Assembly: GCA_964422655.1 (NCBI GenBank)
Contig: CAYRBT010000001.1
Span: 211,425 to 275,424, forward strand
Direction: 5' to 3'
DNA from: an uncultured Bacteroides sp.
GTDB taxonomy: Bacteria; Bacillota; Clostridia; Oscillospirales; Acutalibacteraceae
DNA: 64,000 bases
Positions 1-10,581 of this stretch are shown in pieces. The position numbers and the translations under genes are program-made. Every line of letters begins with the position of its first letter. The stretch's first letter is position 1. The notes beneath the pieces are model-generated. The model did not search any database. It saw nothing but the letters and a program-made list of their open reading frames with translations, and was not told the origin of the DNA.

Positions 1-39
1 CGCTCAAATGGGACTTGAAGAATAAAAGGATGTGTTATA

Positions 40-1023
40 ATGGGCATTTTTTCAATGTTCAAAAAAGGACTGAAAAAAACAAGAGATGAGGGCATTACCG
101 CGCAGATGGACGAGGTAATGGACTCTTATGAGGAGATAACCGACGAGCTTTTTGATGAGCTTGAGGAGGTTTTGATAATGGGTGATGTAGGTATGCCTAC
201 CGCCGAAAGAATTATCAGAAACCTAAAGGAAAAAATAGAAAATGACAGGATTACAGATGTTCGTCAGGTCAGAGAAACTATGAAGGACATTGTTTCGGGT
301 ATTGTTTGGGGCGGTAGCTATTTAAGGCTTCGCACAAAGCCGTCAATTATCCTTGTTATCGGTGTAAACGGTGTGGGCAAAACCACAACAATCGGCAAGC
401 TTGCTCTTCGTCTTAAGGAGCAAAACAGAAAGGTAATTCTCGGTGCCGCCGATACCTTCCGTGCCGCCGCTATCGAACAGCTTCAGGTTTGGGCTGACAG
501 AGCAGATGTTGACCTTATCAAGCACGGCGAGGGCGCAGACCCTGCCGCAGTTGTGTTTGATACAATTCAGGCAGGCAAGGCAAGAGGTGCCGATGTAATA
601 ATTATTGATACGGCAGGCAGACTCCATAATAAGAAAAATCTTATGGACGAGCTTAACAAAATCAGCAGAGTTATTGAAAGAGAGCTTCCCGACGCATCTA
701 AGGAAATACTTCTTGTGCTTGATGCTACAACAGGTCAAAATGCCGTGAATCAGGCAAAGGACTTTAAGGAAGCAGCCGGTATTACGGGTATTGTTCTGAC
801 AAAGCTTGACGGTACTGCAAAGGGCGGTGTTGTTCTTGCAATAAATAATGAGCTTGATGTTCCCGTAAAATTTGTCGGAGTCGGTGAAAAAATCGAGGAC
901 CTTCAGCCGTTTGATGCAGACGCATTTGCTTCGGCTCTCTTTGATGCAAAGGTACCCGACGATGATAAAGAAATAACCGATTTTATCACAAATGAAATCG
1001 ACGACGAAAGCAAAGAGGACTGA
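40..1023 (+). CDS. ftsY: Signal recognition particle receptor FtsY
   Basis: SRP GTPase motifs [32 protein letters not shown]; short N-terminus, acidic C-tail. Confidence 0.97.
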   Translation: MGIFSMFKKGLKKTRDEGITAQMDEVMDSYEEITDELFDELEEVLIMGDVGMPTAERIIRNLKEKIENDRITDVRQVRETMKDIVSGIVWGGSYLRLRTKPSIILVIGVNGVGKTTTIGKLALRLKEQNRKVILGAADTFRAAAIEQLQVWADRADVDLIKHGEGADPAAVVFDTIQAGKARGADVIIIDTAGRLHNKKNLMDELNKISRVIERELPDASKEILLVLDATTGQNAVNQAKDFKEAAGITGIVLTKLDGTAKGGVVLAINNELDVPVKFVGVGEKIEDLQPFDADAFASALFDAKVPDDDKEITDFITNEIDDESKED

Positions 1024-1025
1024 TA

Positions 1026-1613
1026 ATGGATTTTATTCTTGCAACAAATAATATGAAAAAGCTTGCAGAAATGCAGAGAATTCTCTCACCCCTCGGAATA
1101 AATGTTGTAACTGCAAAAATGCTCGGTATTACTCTTGAGGATGTTGAGGAGGACGGAGAAACCTTTGAGGATAACGCAAAAATAAAAGCGAGAGCAGCGT
1201 GTAAGGAAACGAATATGCCTGCAATTGCAGATGATTCGGGCTTGTGCGTTGATTATCTTGACGGTGCTCCGGGTATATTCTCGGCTCGCTTTTCGGGTGA
1301 GCACGGAAACGACGAAAAAAATAATGACCTGCTTCTTGAAAAATTAAGCGGTGTGCCCGAAGAAGAACGCACGGCATACTATGTATGCGCTATTTGCTGT
1401 ACCTTTCCCGACGGCAGAGAAATTGTTGTCAGAGGCGAATGTCACGGCACAATCGGCTTTGAAAGGGACGGAAACGAGGGCTTTGGCTATGACCCTCTGT
1501 TTCTTGTAAACGGCAGGTCCTTTGGCAGATATACCGCCGAGGAAAAGGATAAAATCAGTCACAGAGGAAATGCGCTCAGACTTTTAACTAAAGAATTGGA
1601 GAAAATCATATGA
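1026..1613 (+). CDS. rdgB: XTP/dITP diphosphatase (Ham1/RdgB family)
   Basis: ATNNMKK, ADDSGL, GFGYDP, SHRG motifs. Confidence 0.95.
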   Translation: MDFILATNNMKKLAEMQRILSPLGINVVTAKMLGITLEDVEEDGETFEDNAKIKARAACKETNMPAIADDSGLCVDYLDGAPGIFSARFSGEHGNDEKNNDLLLEKLSGVPEEERTAYYVCAICCTFPDGREIVVRGECHGTIGFERDGNEGFGYDPLFLVNGRSFGRYTAEEKDKISHRGNALRLLTKELEKII

Positions 1614-2035
1614 CATCAAAGGAAAGAGCAGCTTTAAGAGCAAAGGCAAATCCGCTTGAGCCAATCATTCAGCTTGGTAAGGAGGGCATAAGCGATAATC
1701 TCATAACACAGATTGATGATACTCTCGACGCAAGAGAGCTGATAAAAATCAGGGTTCATCTTGAAACTGCACCTAAAACACCAAAGGAGCTTGCACAGGA
1801 GCTTGCTGCTGCACTCGGCGCCGAGGTAATTCAGGTTATCGGCGGAATAATTGTGCTTTACCGTGAGGCAGACGAAGAAAAAATTGCTCTCAAAAAGAAA
1901 AAAAGGGGTGCAGGCACGGCAAAGGCTGTTGCTAAGAAAAAGGTAAAAATCAAGGGAAAAAGACAGAGGCAGAGAGAAAAGGAAGAAAAAAATCCTTATG
2001 CAAAATATGACAGACCAAAGTATTTCGGAAGATAA
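1610..2035 (+). CDS. yhbY: CRM-domain ribosome assembly RNA-binding protein YhbY with Lys/Arg-rich C-terminal tail
   Basis: LRAKA..L.PIIQLGKEG, RELIKI, QVIG..IVLYR; sits before nadD. Confidence 0.92.
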   Translation: MTSKERAALRAKANPLEPIIQLGKEGISDNLITQIDDTLDARELIKIRVHLETAPKTPKELAQELAAALGAEVIQVIGGIIVLYREADEEKIALKKKKRGAGTAKAVAKKKVKIKGKRQRQREKEEKNPYAKYDRPKYFGR

Positions 2036-2633
2036 TCTCAAAATCGGAATTTTCGGCGGAGCGTTCAATCCCGTTCACAACGGGCATATCAAGCTTGCAG
2101 AGGAATACAAAAAGGAATTGGCGCTTGACAAGGTCATTTTTGTTCCTACCTCTGTTCCACCCCATAAGTCATCAAGCTGTCTGATATCAAAAGAGGACAG
2201 GCTTAATATGCTTACTCTTGCACTTGAAAATAAGGATAAACTTGAAATCTCTGATATTGAATTTAATCGAAGCGGAAAATCATATACATACGATACGCTT
2301 GTTGAGATAAAAATGCTTTATCCGAATTCACAGTTATATCTTATCGTGGGTGCAGACCAGTTTTTAACCTTTAATCTTTGGTACAGATATGACGATATTC
2401 TTAATATGGTAACGCTTTGCACCGCCGCAAGAGAAAGCGATAAGCAAAAGGATGAGCTTTGCGCCTTTGCAAAAACGCTCAAGGCAGACAAAATTTTTGT
2501 CGGAAGCTTTGATGTGTTAAGGGTTAGCTCAAGTGAAATCCGCGAAAAAATAAAAAATCAACAGGATTTTTCTTCTCTTGTTGACAAAAAGGTTTATAAT
2601 TACATTATTGAAAAGGGACTTTACCGTGTATAA
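1998..2633 (+). CDS. nadD: Nicotinate-nucleotide adenylyltransferase
   Basis: GIFGGAFNPVHNGH, PPHK, GAD, VSSSEIR; start uncertain (1998 or 2007), overlaps yhbY. Confidence 0.95.
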   Translation: MQNMTDQSISEDNLKIGIFGGAFNPVHNGHIKLAEEYKKELALDKVIFVPTSVPPHKSSSCLISKEDRLNMLTLALENKDKLEISDIEFNRSGKSYTYDTLVEIKMLYPNSQLYLIVGADQFLTFNLWYRYDDILNMVTLCTAARESDKQKDELCAFAKTLKADKIFVGSFDVLRVSSSEIREKIKNQQDFSSLVDKKVYNYIIEKGLYRV

Positions 2634-3222
2634 TATTGATGAATATATTTCTGTTATAAGAGAAAGACTTTCGGATTACAGGTTTAATCATTCGCTGTGC
2701 GTTGCAAAAAGCGCCAAGGAGCTTGCTCTGCGCTACGGTGCAGATGCACAAAAGGCAGAGGTTGCCGGAATACTGCACGACGCGATGAAGGAAAGCTCAA
2801 AGGGTGAACAGCTAAGAGTGATTGAAATGGCAGGTATGAGCCTGACAGAGCTTGAGCTTTCTCAAAAAAAGTTTTATCATCAGACCTCGGGTGCGGCATT
2901 TGCAAAGGCTGTGCTCAAAATTGAGGATAATGAAATACTTGACGCAATCCGCTATCACACAACGGGAAGAGCCGATATGAGCCTGATGGAGCAGATAGTA
3001 TATCTTGCCGATTTTATATCGGAGGACCGCGACTATGATGATGTTGACATTATGCGCCAAAAGGTTGAAATAAGTAAGGAAGAGGGACTTCTTTACGCAA
3101 CAAGATATACCATAGTATCTGTTATTAACAAGGGCAGGCTTCTTCATCCCGATACGGTTGACGCATATAACTGGATACTTGAAAAATACTTTAAGCAAGG
3201 GGAAACAGATGGAAAATATTGA
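2626..3222 (+). CDS. yqeK: HD-domain Ap4A hydrolase YqeK
   Basis: RFNHS, LHDAMKE, YHTTG, ADFIS; nadD-yqeK-rsfS synteny; likely GTG start at 2626. Confidence 0.92.
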   Translation: MYNIDEYISVIRERLSDYRFNHSLCVAKSAKELALRYGADAQKAEVAGILHDAMKESSKGEQLRVIEMAGMSLTELELSQKKFYHQTSGAAFAKAVLKIEDNEILDAIRYHTTGRADMSLMEQIVYLADFISEDRDYDDVDIMRQKVEISKEEGLLYATRYTIVSVINKGRLLHPDTVDAYNWILEKYFKQGETDGKY

Positions 3223-3562
3223 TATTGTAAAAACAGCCGTCAAGGCTATTGACAGCAAAAAGGGCGAGGAAATAGAGGTTATAAAAATAACCGATTTGAC
3301 TATTCTTGCAGACTATTTTGTTATTGCAACGGGAACAAGCTCAACTCAGGTTAAGGCAATCGCAGATGAGGTTGAATATCAGCTTGAGCTTCAGGGTGTA
3401 ACACCTCATCATATTGAGGGCAAAAATACACCGTGGGTTTGTCTTGATTATAATTCGGCAGTTATCCATATTTTCTATAAGCAGCAAAGAGATTTCTTTA
3501 AGCTCGAGCGCTTATGGGAGGACGGAGAAAAAATAGATACAGCAAAATTTTTGGAGGATTAG
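3209..3562 (+). CDS. rsfS: Ribosome silencing factor RsfS (Iojap)
   Basis: AIDSKKG, ADYFVIATG, WVCLDY, HIF...R.FF.LERLW; ATG at 3209 after AAGGGG. Confidence 0.95.
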   Translation: MENIDIVKTAVKAIDSKKGEEIEVIKITDLTILADYFVIATGTSSTQVKAIADEVEYQLELQGVTPHHIEGKNTPWVCLDYNSAVIHIFYKQQRDFFKLERLWEDGEKIDTAKFLED

Positions 3563-3565
3563 CAT

Positions 3566-5974
3566 ATGGATTACAATTTTAAACAGATTGAAGCAAAGTG
3601 GCAGAATGTGTGGTACACTCAAAACACCTTTGCGGCAAAGGACGATTACACAAAGGAAAAATTCTACTGCCTTGTAGAATTTCCTTATCCGTCGGGACAG
3701 GGACTTCATGTAGGTCATCCGCGTTCTTATACGGCCCTTGATATTGTTGCAAGAAAGAAAAGGCTTCAGGGCTTTAATGTTCTTTATCCTATGGGATGGG
3801 ACGCTTTCGGTCTGCCGACTGAAAACTTTGCAATCAAAAATCACATTCATCCTGAAGAGGTTACAAAGAAAAATGTTGCTCATTTCAAGCAGCAGCTTCA
3901 GGCTCTCGGCTTTTCATTTGATTGGACAAGAGAGATAAATACCACCGACCCGTCATACTACAAATGGACTCAGTGGATTTTTCTTCAGCTCTTCAAAAAG
4001 GGACTTGCTTATAAAAAAGAAATGGCTGTTAACTGGTGTACCTCGTGCAAGTGCGTGCTTGCAAACGAGGAGGTAGTAAACGGCGTTTGTGAGCGTTGCG
4101 GTAGCGAGGTTATCAGAAAAAATCAGAGTCAGTGGATGCTCAAAATTACAGAGTATGCGCAAAGACTTGTTGATGATTTGGATGACCTTGATTTTATTGA
4201 CAGAGTTAAGGTACAGCAGAAAAACTGGATTGGCCGTTCAACAGGTGCAGAGGTTGATTTCGGCACTACTCTCGGCGACACTCTTACAGTTTATACAACA
4301 AGACCCGACACACTTTTCGGTGCTACATATATGGTTATTTCGCCGGAGCACCCGCTTATCGAAAAATGGGCAGATAAGCTTAACAATCTTGATGAAATAC
4401 GCAAGTATCAGGACGAGGCTGCTCATAAATCCGATTTTGAAAGAACCGAGCTTAATAAGGAAAAAACAGGTGTGCGCCTTGACGGTGTAATGGGTATCAA
4501 TCCTGTTAACGATACGGAGATTCCGATATTCATTTCCGACTATGTACTCACCTCATACGGTACAGGTGCAATTATGGCTGTTCCTGCTCACGATACTCGT
4601 GACTGGGAATTTGCCAAAAAGTTTGACCTTCCCATTATTGAGGTTGTTGCAGGCTCACAGGTTGGAGTTGAAAACGAAGCCTTCACGGATTGCTACACAG
4701 GTAAGCTTGTAAATTCAGCCTTCCTTACGGGAATGACTGTTGAGGAGGCTAAGGTTGCCATTACCGAATGGCTCACAAAAGAGGGCAAGGGACACCAAAA
4801 GGTTAATTTCAAGCTTCGCGACTGGGTATTCTCACGCCAAAGATATTGGGGCGAGCCTATTCCGATTGTAAAGTGTGACGATTGCGGATATGTTGCACTT
4901 CCCGAAAGCGAGCTTCCTCTTAAACTGCCTAAGGTTGATTCCTATGAGCCGACCGACACAGGCGAATCACCGCTTGCAAAAATAACAGACTGGGTTAATA
5001 CAACCTGTCCCTGTTGCGGAAAGCCTGCTAAAAGAGAAACCGATACAATGCCTCAGTGGGCAGGCTCCTCTTGGTATTTCCTTAGGTATATGGACCCGCA
5101 TAACGATAATGAACTTGTTTCTCCCGAGGCAGTTAAGTATTGGGGACCTGTTGATTGGTATAACGGCGGAATGGAGCATACAACGCTTCACCTGCTTTAT
5201 TCACGCTTTTGGCATAAATTCCTTTATGATATCGGCGTTGTTCCTACTAAGGAGCCGTATGCAAAGCGTACCTCTCACGGTATGATTTTGGGCGAAAACA
5301 GCGAAAAAATGTCAAAGTCAAGAGGAAATGTTGTTAACCCCGATGAAATTGTTGACCAGTACGGTGCAGACACAATGCGTCTTTACGAAATGTTTATCGG
5401 CGACTTTGAAAAGGCTGCTCCGTGGAACAGCGATTCAATTAAGGGCTGTAAGAGATTTCTTGAAAGATTTTGGAATCTTCAGGAAATTGTTAAGGACGGC
5501 GACAGCTATTCGGAAAATCTTGAGGCACTTATGCACAAGACCATCAAAAAGGTTACAGAGGATATTGATAATCTTAAATGCAACACCGCTATTGCTTCAA
5601 TGATGAGCCTTGTAAACGAAATGTATTCAAAGGGTGTTAACAGGGCAGAGCTTAAAACACTCACAATTCTTCTCAATCCCTTTGCCCCTCATATTACCGA
5701 GGAAATGTGGCAGGCTATGGATTTCGGCGGTATGGTAAACGAGGCTCAGTGGCCTGAATTTGACGAGGAAAAGACAAAGGAAAACTCTGTTGAGATTGTT
5801 CTTCAGATTATGGGCAAGGTGCGCTCAAGAATTACCGTGCCTGCCGATATAAGCAAGGAGGACGCTATTGCACTTGCAAAGGCAGACGAAAAAATTGCAC
5901 AGGCAATAGCAGGCAAAACAATCAAAAAAGAAATTTATGTTCCCGGCAAGCTTGTTAATATAGTAGCGGTTTAA
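3566..5974 (+). CDS. leuS: Leucyl-tRNA synthetase
   Basis: FPYPSG, HVGH (HIGH), [18 protein letters not shown] editing motif. Confidence 0.98.
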   Translation: MDYNFKQIEAKWQNVWYTQNTFAAKDDYTKEKFYCLVEFPYPSGQGLHVGHPRSYTALDIVARKKRLQGFNVLYPMGWDAFGLPTENFAIKNHIHPEEVTKKNVAHFKQQLQALGFSFDWTREINTTDPSYYKWTQWIFLQLFKKGLAYKKEMAVNWCTSCKCVLANEEVVNGVCERCGSEVIRKNQSQWMLKITEYAQRLVDDLDDLDFIDRVKVQQKNWIGRSTGAEVDFGTTLGDTLTVYTTRPDTLFGATYMVISPEHPLIEKWADKLNNLDEIRKYQDEAAHKSDFERTELNKEKTGVRLDGVMGINPVNDTEIPIFISDYVLTSYGTGAIMAVPAHDTRDWEFAKKFDLPIIEVVAGSQVGVENEAFTDCYTGKLVNSAFLTGMTVEEAKVAITEWLTKEGKGHQKVNFKLRDWVFSRQRYWGEPIPIVKCDDCGYVALPESELPLKLPKVDSYEPTDTGESPLAKITDWVNTTCPCCGKPAKRETDTMPQWAGSSWYFLRYMDPHNDNELVSPEAVKYWGPVDWYNGGMEHTTLHLLYSRFWHKFLYDIGVVPTKEPYAKRTSHGMILGENSEKMSKSRGNVVNPDEIVDQYGADTMRLYEMFIGDFEKAAPWNSDSIKGCKRFLERFWNLQEIVKDGDSYSENLEALMHKTIKKVTEDIDNLKCNTAIASMMSLVNEMYSKGVNRAELKTLTILLNPFAPHITEEMWQAMDFGGMVNEAQWPEFDEEKTKENSVEIVLQIMGKVRSRITVPADISKEDAIALAKADEKIAQAIAGKTIKKEIYVPGKLVNIVAV

Positions 5975-5993
5975 ATATTTTAGGAGCAGTATT

Positions 5994-8900
5994 ATGGCAA
6001 AGAAAAAAATATACACGGTTGCAACAGCCCACCTTGACACAGTATGGAATTGGGATTTTGAAAAAACGATAAGCGAATACATCTATAACACACTTGTTGA
6101 TAATTTTAAGCTTTTTGAAAAGTATCCCACCTATAAATTTTCATTTGAGGGTACATACAGATATGAGCTTATGCAGGAATACTATCCCGAGCTTTTTGAA
6201 AAGCTTGGGGAATATGTCAAAGAGGGCAGATGGAATGTATGCGGCTCTGCTTTTGAAAACGGTGATGTAAATATTCCGTCACCCGAGGCACTTTTCAGAA
6301 ACATACTTTTCGGTAATTCGTATTTTGAAAAGACCTTCGGAAAGCGTTCCTGTGATATTTATTTGCCGGACTGCTTCGGCTTTGGCTGGGCACTACCGAG
6401 CATTGCGGCTCACGCAAATCTTATGGGCTTTACCACTCAAAAGCTTGCGTGGGGCGGTGCATACGGCACTCCCTTTGATATAGGAGTGTGGAAGGGTGTT
6501 GACGGTAATCAAATATACGCCAGCATAAATCCGCACGATTATTACTTTACCTTGAAAAAGCTGCGCGACTGGGATTTTGTATCAAATAAGCTCAAGGAAA
6601 ATGAAAAGTATGATTTGGACTTGACATACATTTTTCACGGCATAGGTGACAGAGGCGGTGCTCCTGCCGAGGAGTCGGTTTCGTTTGTTGACAGCGAAAT
6701 CAAGAAAAATAACAGCAGCGATATTGAGGTAATTGCCGCTTCGGCAGATGAAATTTACCACGATATTGACGAAAAATTTACGCAAGAGCAAAAAGCCAAG
6801 CTTCCTGTTTGGGAGAATGAGCTTGTTATGACAAATCACGCTGTCGGAGGTTATACCTCCCGTGCTGTCGGTAAGCGCTGGAACAGAAGATGCGAGGAGC
6901 TTGCCGATATGGCTGAAAGGGGAGGAGTAATGTCCTCTTATCTCGGCACGGCAAATTATAACCGGAAGGCTCTCAACCGTGCGTGGAAAAGGTTTATTGC
7001 ACATCAGTTTCACGATGACATTCCCGGCACCTCGCTTCAAAGAGTGTATAAGCGCTCGTGGAATGATTATGCAATGTCAATGAATCAGCTTGCAAACGAG
7101 CTTGAGGCGTCTGTTGCACCTGTTTCTCAGCTTATGAAAACGGATTTTTGCTCGGGTGTTCCCGTAATGGTATATAATCCTGTTGAAGCACAGCGTCACG
7201 GTGCAGTAACAGTAAGGCTTGAGAATGTTTCTGCCGATTATGTCAGAGTTTACGACGAAAAGGGCAGGGAAATAAAAAGCCAAATTAACAGCAACGAAAA
7301 CGGTGTTATTGAGGTAGTGTTCGTTGCCGATGTAATGAGCCTCGGCACAAGAATTTACGATATAAGACCGAGTGATAGGCCCTGCTGTGTTAAAAGTGAT
7401 ATTCACATCAATATGGACAGGGTTATGGAAAACCAAAGGTATGTTGTTACTCTTAACCAAAAGGGCAACATAACCTCAATTATTGATAAAGCACTCGACG
7501 AGCAGGAGCTTCTTAAGGAGCCGATAAGCCTTGGACTTTTCAATTATACCGGCTCTAAGAAATGGCCTGCTTGGGAAATGAATTATAAAGAGGCTGACAA
7601 GGAAGCAGACAGAATCCCTAAGCTTGAAACAGTAACCATACTCGAGCAGGGACCCGCAAGAGTTGCCTTTAAGGTTGTTCAAAGAGATAAGGACAGTACA
7701 TTTTCAAATATAATTGCACTCACAGACGATAGCGACATAGTTGAGGTGTACTCGGAAATTGAGTGGCGCTCACTCAAAACAATGGCAAAAAATAAGTTTT
7801 CATTCACCGCTTCAAATGATAAAGCGACCTTTGACCTCGGTCTTGGTGCTATCAAGAGAGGCAATATGACCGAAACACTTTTTGAGGTTCCTGCTCAAAA
7901 ATGGGTTGATATTACCGATAAAAGCGGAGAATTCGGAGTTTCCGTAATAAGCGAGTGCAAGTACGGCTGGGATAAGTTTAAGGACAATACGCTGAGAATG
8001 ACCGTGCTTCACACACCAAAGGGGGATTTCAGACCTGATTCGGTTCAGTCGCTTATGGATTTGGGACTCAACAGATATTCATATGCAATCTTCAGCCATA
8101 AGGGTGAAGCGGGCGCAGATACTCAGCTTGAAGCAAGAAAGTTTATTTCCCCGATGAGTGCTTACCTTTGCACAAAGCATCAGGGACAGCTTAAAAGCGA
8201 GTATTCCTTCGGCAGTGTTTCAACCAATGATGTAATAATACGAGCAATTAAAAAGGCTGAGGAAACCGATGAAATTATTGTTCGTCTTAACGAGGGTACA
8301 AACAAAGCCATAAATGACTTTACCCTGACTCTCGGAGAGGGCGTAGAGTCTGCAAGAGAGCTTTATGCAAGCGAGGAATATAAAGGCGAGGCAAGGGTAG
8401 AAAATGGTAGGCTGATAACAGATTTCAAGCCCTATGAAATTAAAACCTTTGCACTTACACTCAAGCAGTCATCTGTTTTGGGTGAAAAGGCACAAAGCAC
8501 TCCGATTTCGCTGAGCTTTGACAAAAATATTATTTCAAAGCAGGGAGAAACAGCCGATTTTGAGTATTCGATTCCTTATGAGATTGTACCTGAAAATGTT
8601 CTTGTAAACGGTGTTGAATTTTGTATCAATAAAGACGGCAAAAACGCTATGCTTGCAAACGGACAGTCTGTTAAGGTCGGCGACGGCGTTACAAGGCTTG
8701 CCTTTTTGTGTGCTTCACTCGACGGCGACAGGAACGCAGAATTTACCGTAAATGATGAGCCTGTTAATGTTAAAATCAATTCCTGCTTTGAGCGCTTTGC
8801 GGCTTGGGATTTGTACGGCTTAAAGCAAACCGCATATATCAAAAAAGGAAAGCTCGGCTATGAGGCAACTCACAGTCACAGGGACGGTAATGATGCTGTT

Positions 8901-9131
8901 GCAAGGGGGATGTATTTCTATATTGCAGAGCTTGATGTTAAATCAGGCGACAGCGTAATGCTTCCTGTTGACGAGAATATTGTAATTATTTCCGCCTCTC
9001 AGGTTAAGGATTCTCAGACAAGGCTTGTTACACCTCTTTATGATGAGGTTAAAAAAAGACCTTATGACTATTCGTTCTCACTAAAGCATAAGCTTTTATA
9101 TCTCTATAACAAGCGTGATATAAATTATTGA
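5994..9131 (+). CDS. GH38 alpha-mannosidase, no signal peptide, extra C-terminal domain
   Basis: AHLDTVWNW, LPDCFG nucleophile motif, HQFHDDIPG. Confidence 0.9.
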   Translation: MAKKKIYTVATAHLDTVWNWDFEKTISEYIYNTLVDNFKLFEKYPTYKFSFEGTYRYELMQEYYPELFEKLGEYVKEGRWNVCGSAFENGDVNIPSPEALFRNILFGNSYFEKTFGKRSCDIYLPDCFGFGWALPSIAAHANLMGFTTQKLAWGGAYGTPFDIGVWKGVDGNQIYASINPHDYYFTLKKLRDWDFVSNKLKENEKYDLDLTYIFHGIGDRGGAPAEESVSFVDSEIKKNNSSDIEVIAASADEIYHDIDEKFTQEQKAKLPVWENELVMTNHAVGGYTSRAVGKRWNRRCEELADMAERGGVMSSYLGTANYNRKALNRAWKRFIAHQFHDDIPGTSLQRVYKRSWNDYAMSMNQLANELEASVAPVSQLMKTDFCSGVPVMVYNPVEAQRHGAVTVRLENVSADYVRVYDEKGREIKSQINSNENGVIEVVFVADVMSLGTRIYDIRPSDRPCCVKSDIHINMDRVMENQRYVVTLNQKGNITSIIDKALDEQELLKEPISLGLFNYTGSKKWPAWEMNYKEADKEADRIPKLETVTILEQGPARVAFKVVQRDKDSTFSNIIALTDDSDIVEVYSEIEWRSLKTMAKNKFSFTASNDKATFDLGLGAIKRGNMTETLFEVPAQKWVDITDKSGEFGVSVISECKYGWDKFKDNTLRMTVLHTPKGDFRPDSVQSLMDLGLNRYSYAIFSHKGEAGADTQLEARKFISPMSAYLCTKHQGQLKSEYSFGSVSTNDVIIRAIKKAEETDEIIVRLNEGTNKAINDFTLTLGEGVESARELYASEEYKGEARVENGRLITDFKPYEIKTFALTLKQSSVLGEKAQSTPISLSFDKNIISKQGETADFEYSIPYEIVPENVLVNGVEFCINKDGKNAMLANGQSVKVGDGVTRLAFLCASLDGDRNAEFTVNDEPVNVKINSCFERFAAWDLYGLKQTAYIKKGKLGYEATHSHRDGNDAVARGMYFYIAELDVKSGDSVMLPVDENIVIISASQVKDSQTRLVTPLYDEVKKRPYDYSFSLKHKLLYLYNKRDINY

Positions 9132-9157
9132 TATTTGTGATGAAACAGAGGATTGCT

Positions 9158-10540
9158 ATGAGTGTTGATGTTAATAAAAATTGGACAACCTCAAACGGAG
9201 GAGTTCCTCTTAATAACAACGAGGTTGAAAGATATATTGCGGTAAGGCCGACTCAAAATCAGCTTCGCCTTGCCGAAAAGCCCTTTTACTGCTTTGTTCA
9301 TTTCGGTATGAACACCGCAACGGCAAGAGAATGGGGAGCCGGCGTTGAAACCGTCAAGGATTTTACAATCAAATCAATCAATGCTTTGCAGTGGGTAAAG
9401 GCAATTAAGGCAAGCGGTGCAACGGGTTTAATTTTGACCTGCAAGCATCACGATGGCTTTTGCCTGTGGGAAAGCGAATACACGGATTTTTCTGTAAAAT
9501 ACAGCGATTTTGACGGCGATATTGTTAAAATGGTATCCGACGCGTGCAGGGAACAGGGACTTGATTTCGGCGTCTATCTCTCACCGTGGGATATGCACGA
9601 CAGCCGTTACGGTACAGACGCCTATAACGACTATTTTTGCAATCAGCTTACAGAGCTTCTGACAAATTACGGCGAAATTTTTGAGGTGTGGTTTGACGGT
9701 GCAAAGGGCTCTAATGCCGTTAAATTTGAGTATGATTGGGATAGGTACTATCAAATTATCCGCACGCTTCAGCCAAGGGCGAATATTGCCATATGCGGTC
9801 CCGATATTCGCTGGGTAGGCAACGAGGGCGGAAAAACAAGAAAATCCGAGTATTCCGTTGTGCCACGGTGCCTTACCGATACCGAAAAGGTTATGGAAAA
9901 AAGCCAGCAGGACGAAGCACAGGCAATAAATTTGAAAAAATACACCTCGTCCGATGAGGACCTCGGCTCTCGAAAGATGCTTGAAAAAAACGCCTATCTT
10001 ACCTGGTATCCGGCTGAGGTTGATGTGTCAATACGCAGAGGCTGGTTTTATTCAAAAAATGAAAACAAAACCGTAAAATCCGCAAATAAGCTTTTTAAAT
10101 TATATCTTAATTCTGTCGGAAATAACTGTACGCTTCTTCTCAATGTGCCTCCGACGGATAAGGGCGTTATTCACCGCAGGGATACAAGGGCATTAAAAAA
10201 GCTTGGCGAGAAAATTAAAGGCATTACGCAAAATCCCGTTGCTGTATATAAGCTCGGTCGGCTTACAGGGGATAACGGGTATATCGACTTTGATTTTGAC
10301 AGCGTTAAAGGTCTTAAGTATATTGTTCTCAGCGAGGATATAAGCCAAAGCCAAAGGGTTGAAGGGTTTGATATGTATATCAAAAAGCCAAACGGCAAAT
10401 ACAAAAAGGCTTATAACGGTACTGTAATCGGAGCAAAAAAGATTATCAGGCTAAAAAACAAAAGGTGCCTGGGCGCACGGCTTGTTATCCGCCAAAGCAG
10501 AAGCAATCCGATAATCAAAGAAATAGGCTTTTACGAATAG
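9158..10540 (+). CDS. GH29 alpha-L-fucosidase
   Basis: FVHFGMNT, KHHDGFCLW, YLSPWD, WFDGA, RWVGNE, LLLNVPP; likely ATG at 9158 after GAGG. Confidence 0.9.
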   Translation: MSVDVNKNWTTSNGGVPLNNNEVERYIAVRPTQNQLRLAEKPFYCFVHFGMNTATAREWGAGVETVKDFTIKSINALQWVKAIKASGATGLILTCKHHDGFCLWESEYTDFSVKYSDFDGDIVKMVSDACREQGLDFGVYLSPWDMHDSRYGTDAYNDYFCNQLTELLTNYGEIFEVWFDGAKGSNAVKFEYDWDRYYQIIRTLQPRANIAICGPDIRWVGNEGGKTRKSEYSVVPRCLTDTEKVMEKSQQDEAQAINLKKYTSSDEDLGSRKMLEKNAYLTWYPAEVDVSIRRGWFYSKNENKTVKSANKLFKLYLNSVGNNCTLLLNVPPTDKGVIHRRDTRALKKLGEKIKGITQNPVAVYKLGRLTGDNGYIDFDFDSVKGLKYIVLSEDISQSQRVEGFDMYIKKPNGKYKKAYNGTVIGAKKIIRLKNKRCLGARLVIRQSRSNPIIKEIGFYE

Positions 10541-10545
10541 GCAAT

Positions 10546-10581
10546 AAAATTGGGACGGAAATTACTATCCGTCCCGTTTTT
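10546..10581. terminator. Bidirectional intrinsic terminator
   Basis: AAAATT-GGGACGGA-aattacta-TCCGTCCC-GTTTTT between convergent genes. Confidence 0.75.

Noticed and set aside
1-25. Possible 3' end of an upstream gene (smc by synteny), reading AQMGLEE-stop
   Set aside because: Too short to support any call.
3540-3566. T-box leader for leuS
   Set aside because: Only 3 nt separate rsfS and leuS, so there is no room and no T-box motif.
9061-9160. Frameshifted GH38-GH29 fusion
   Set aside because: GH29 has its own GAGG RBS and ATG at 9158, and both proteins look complete.
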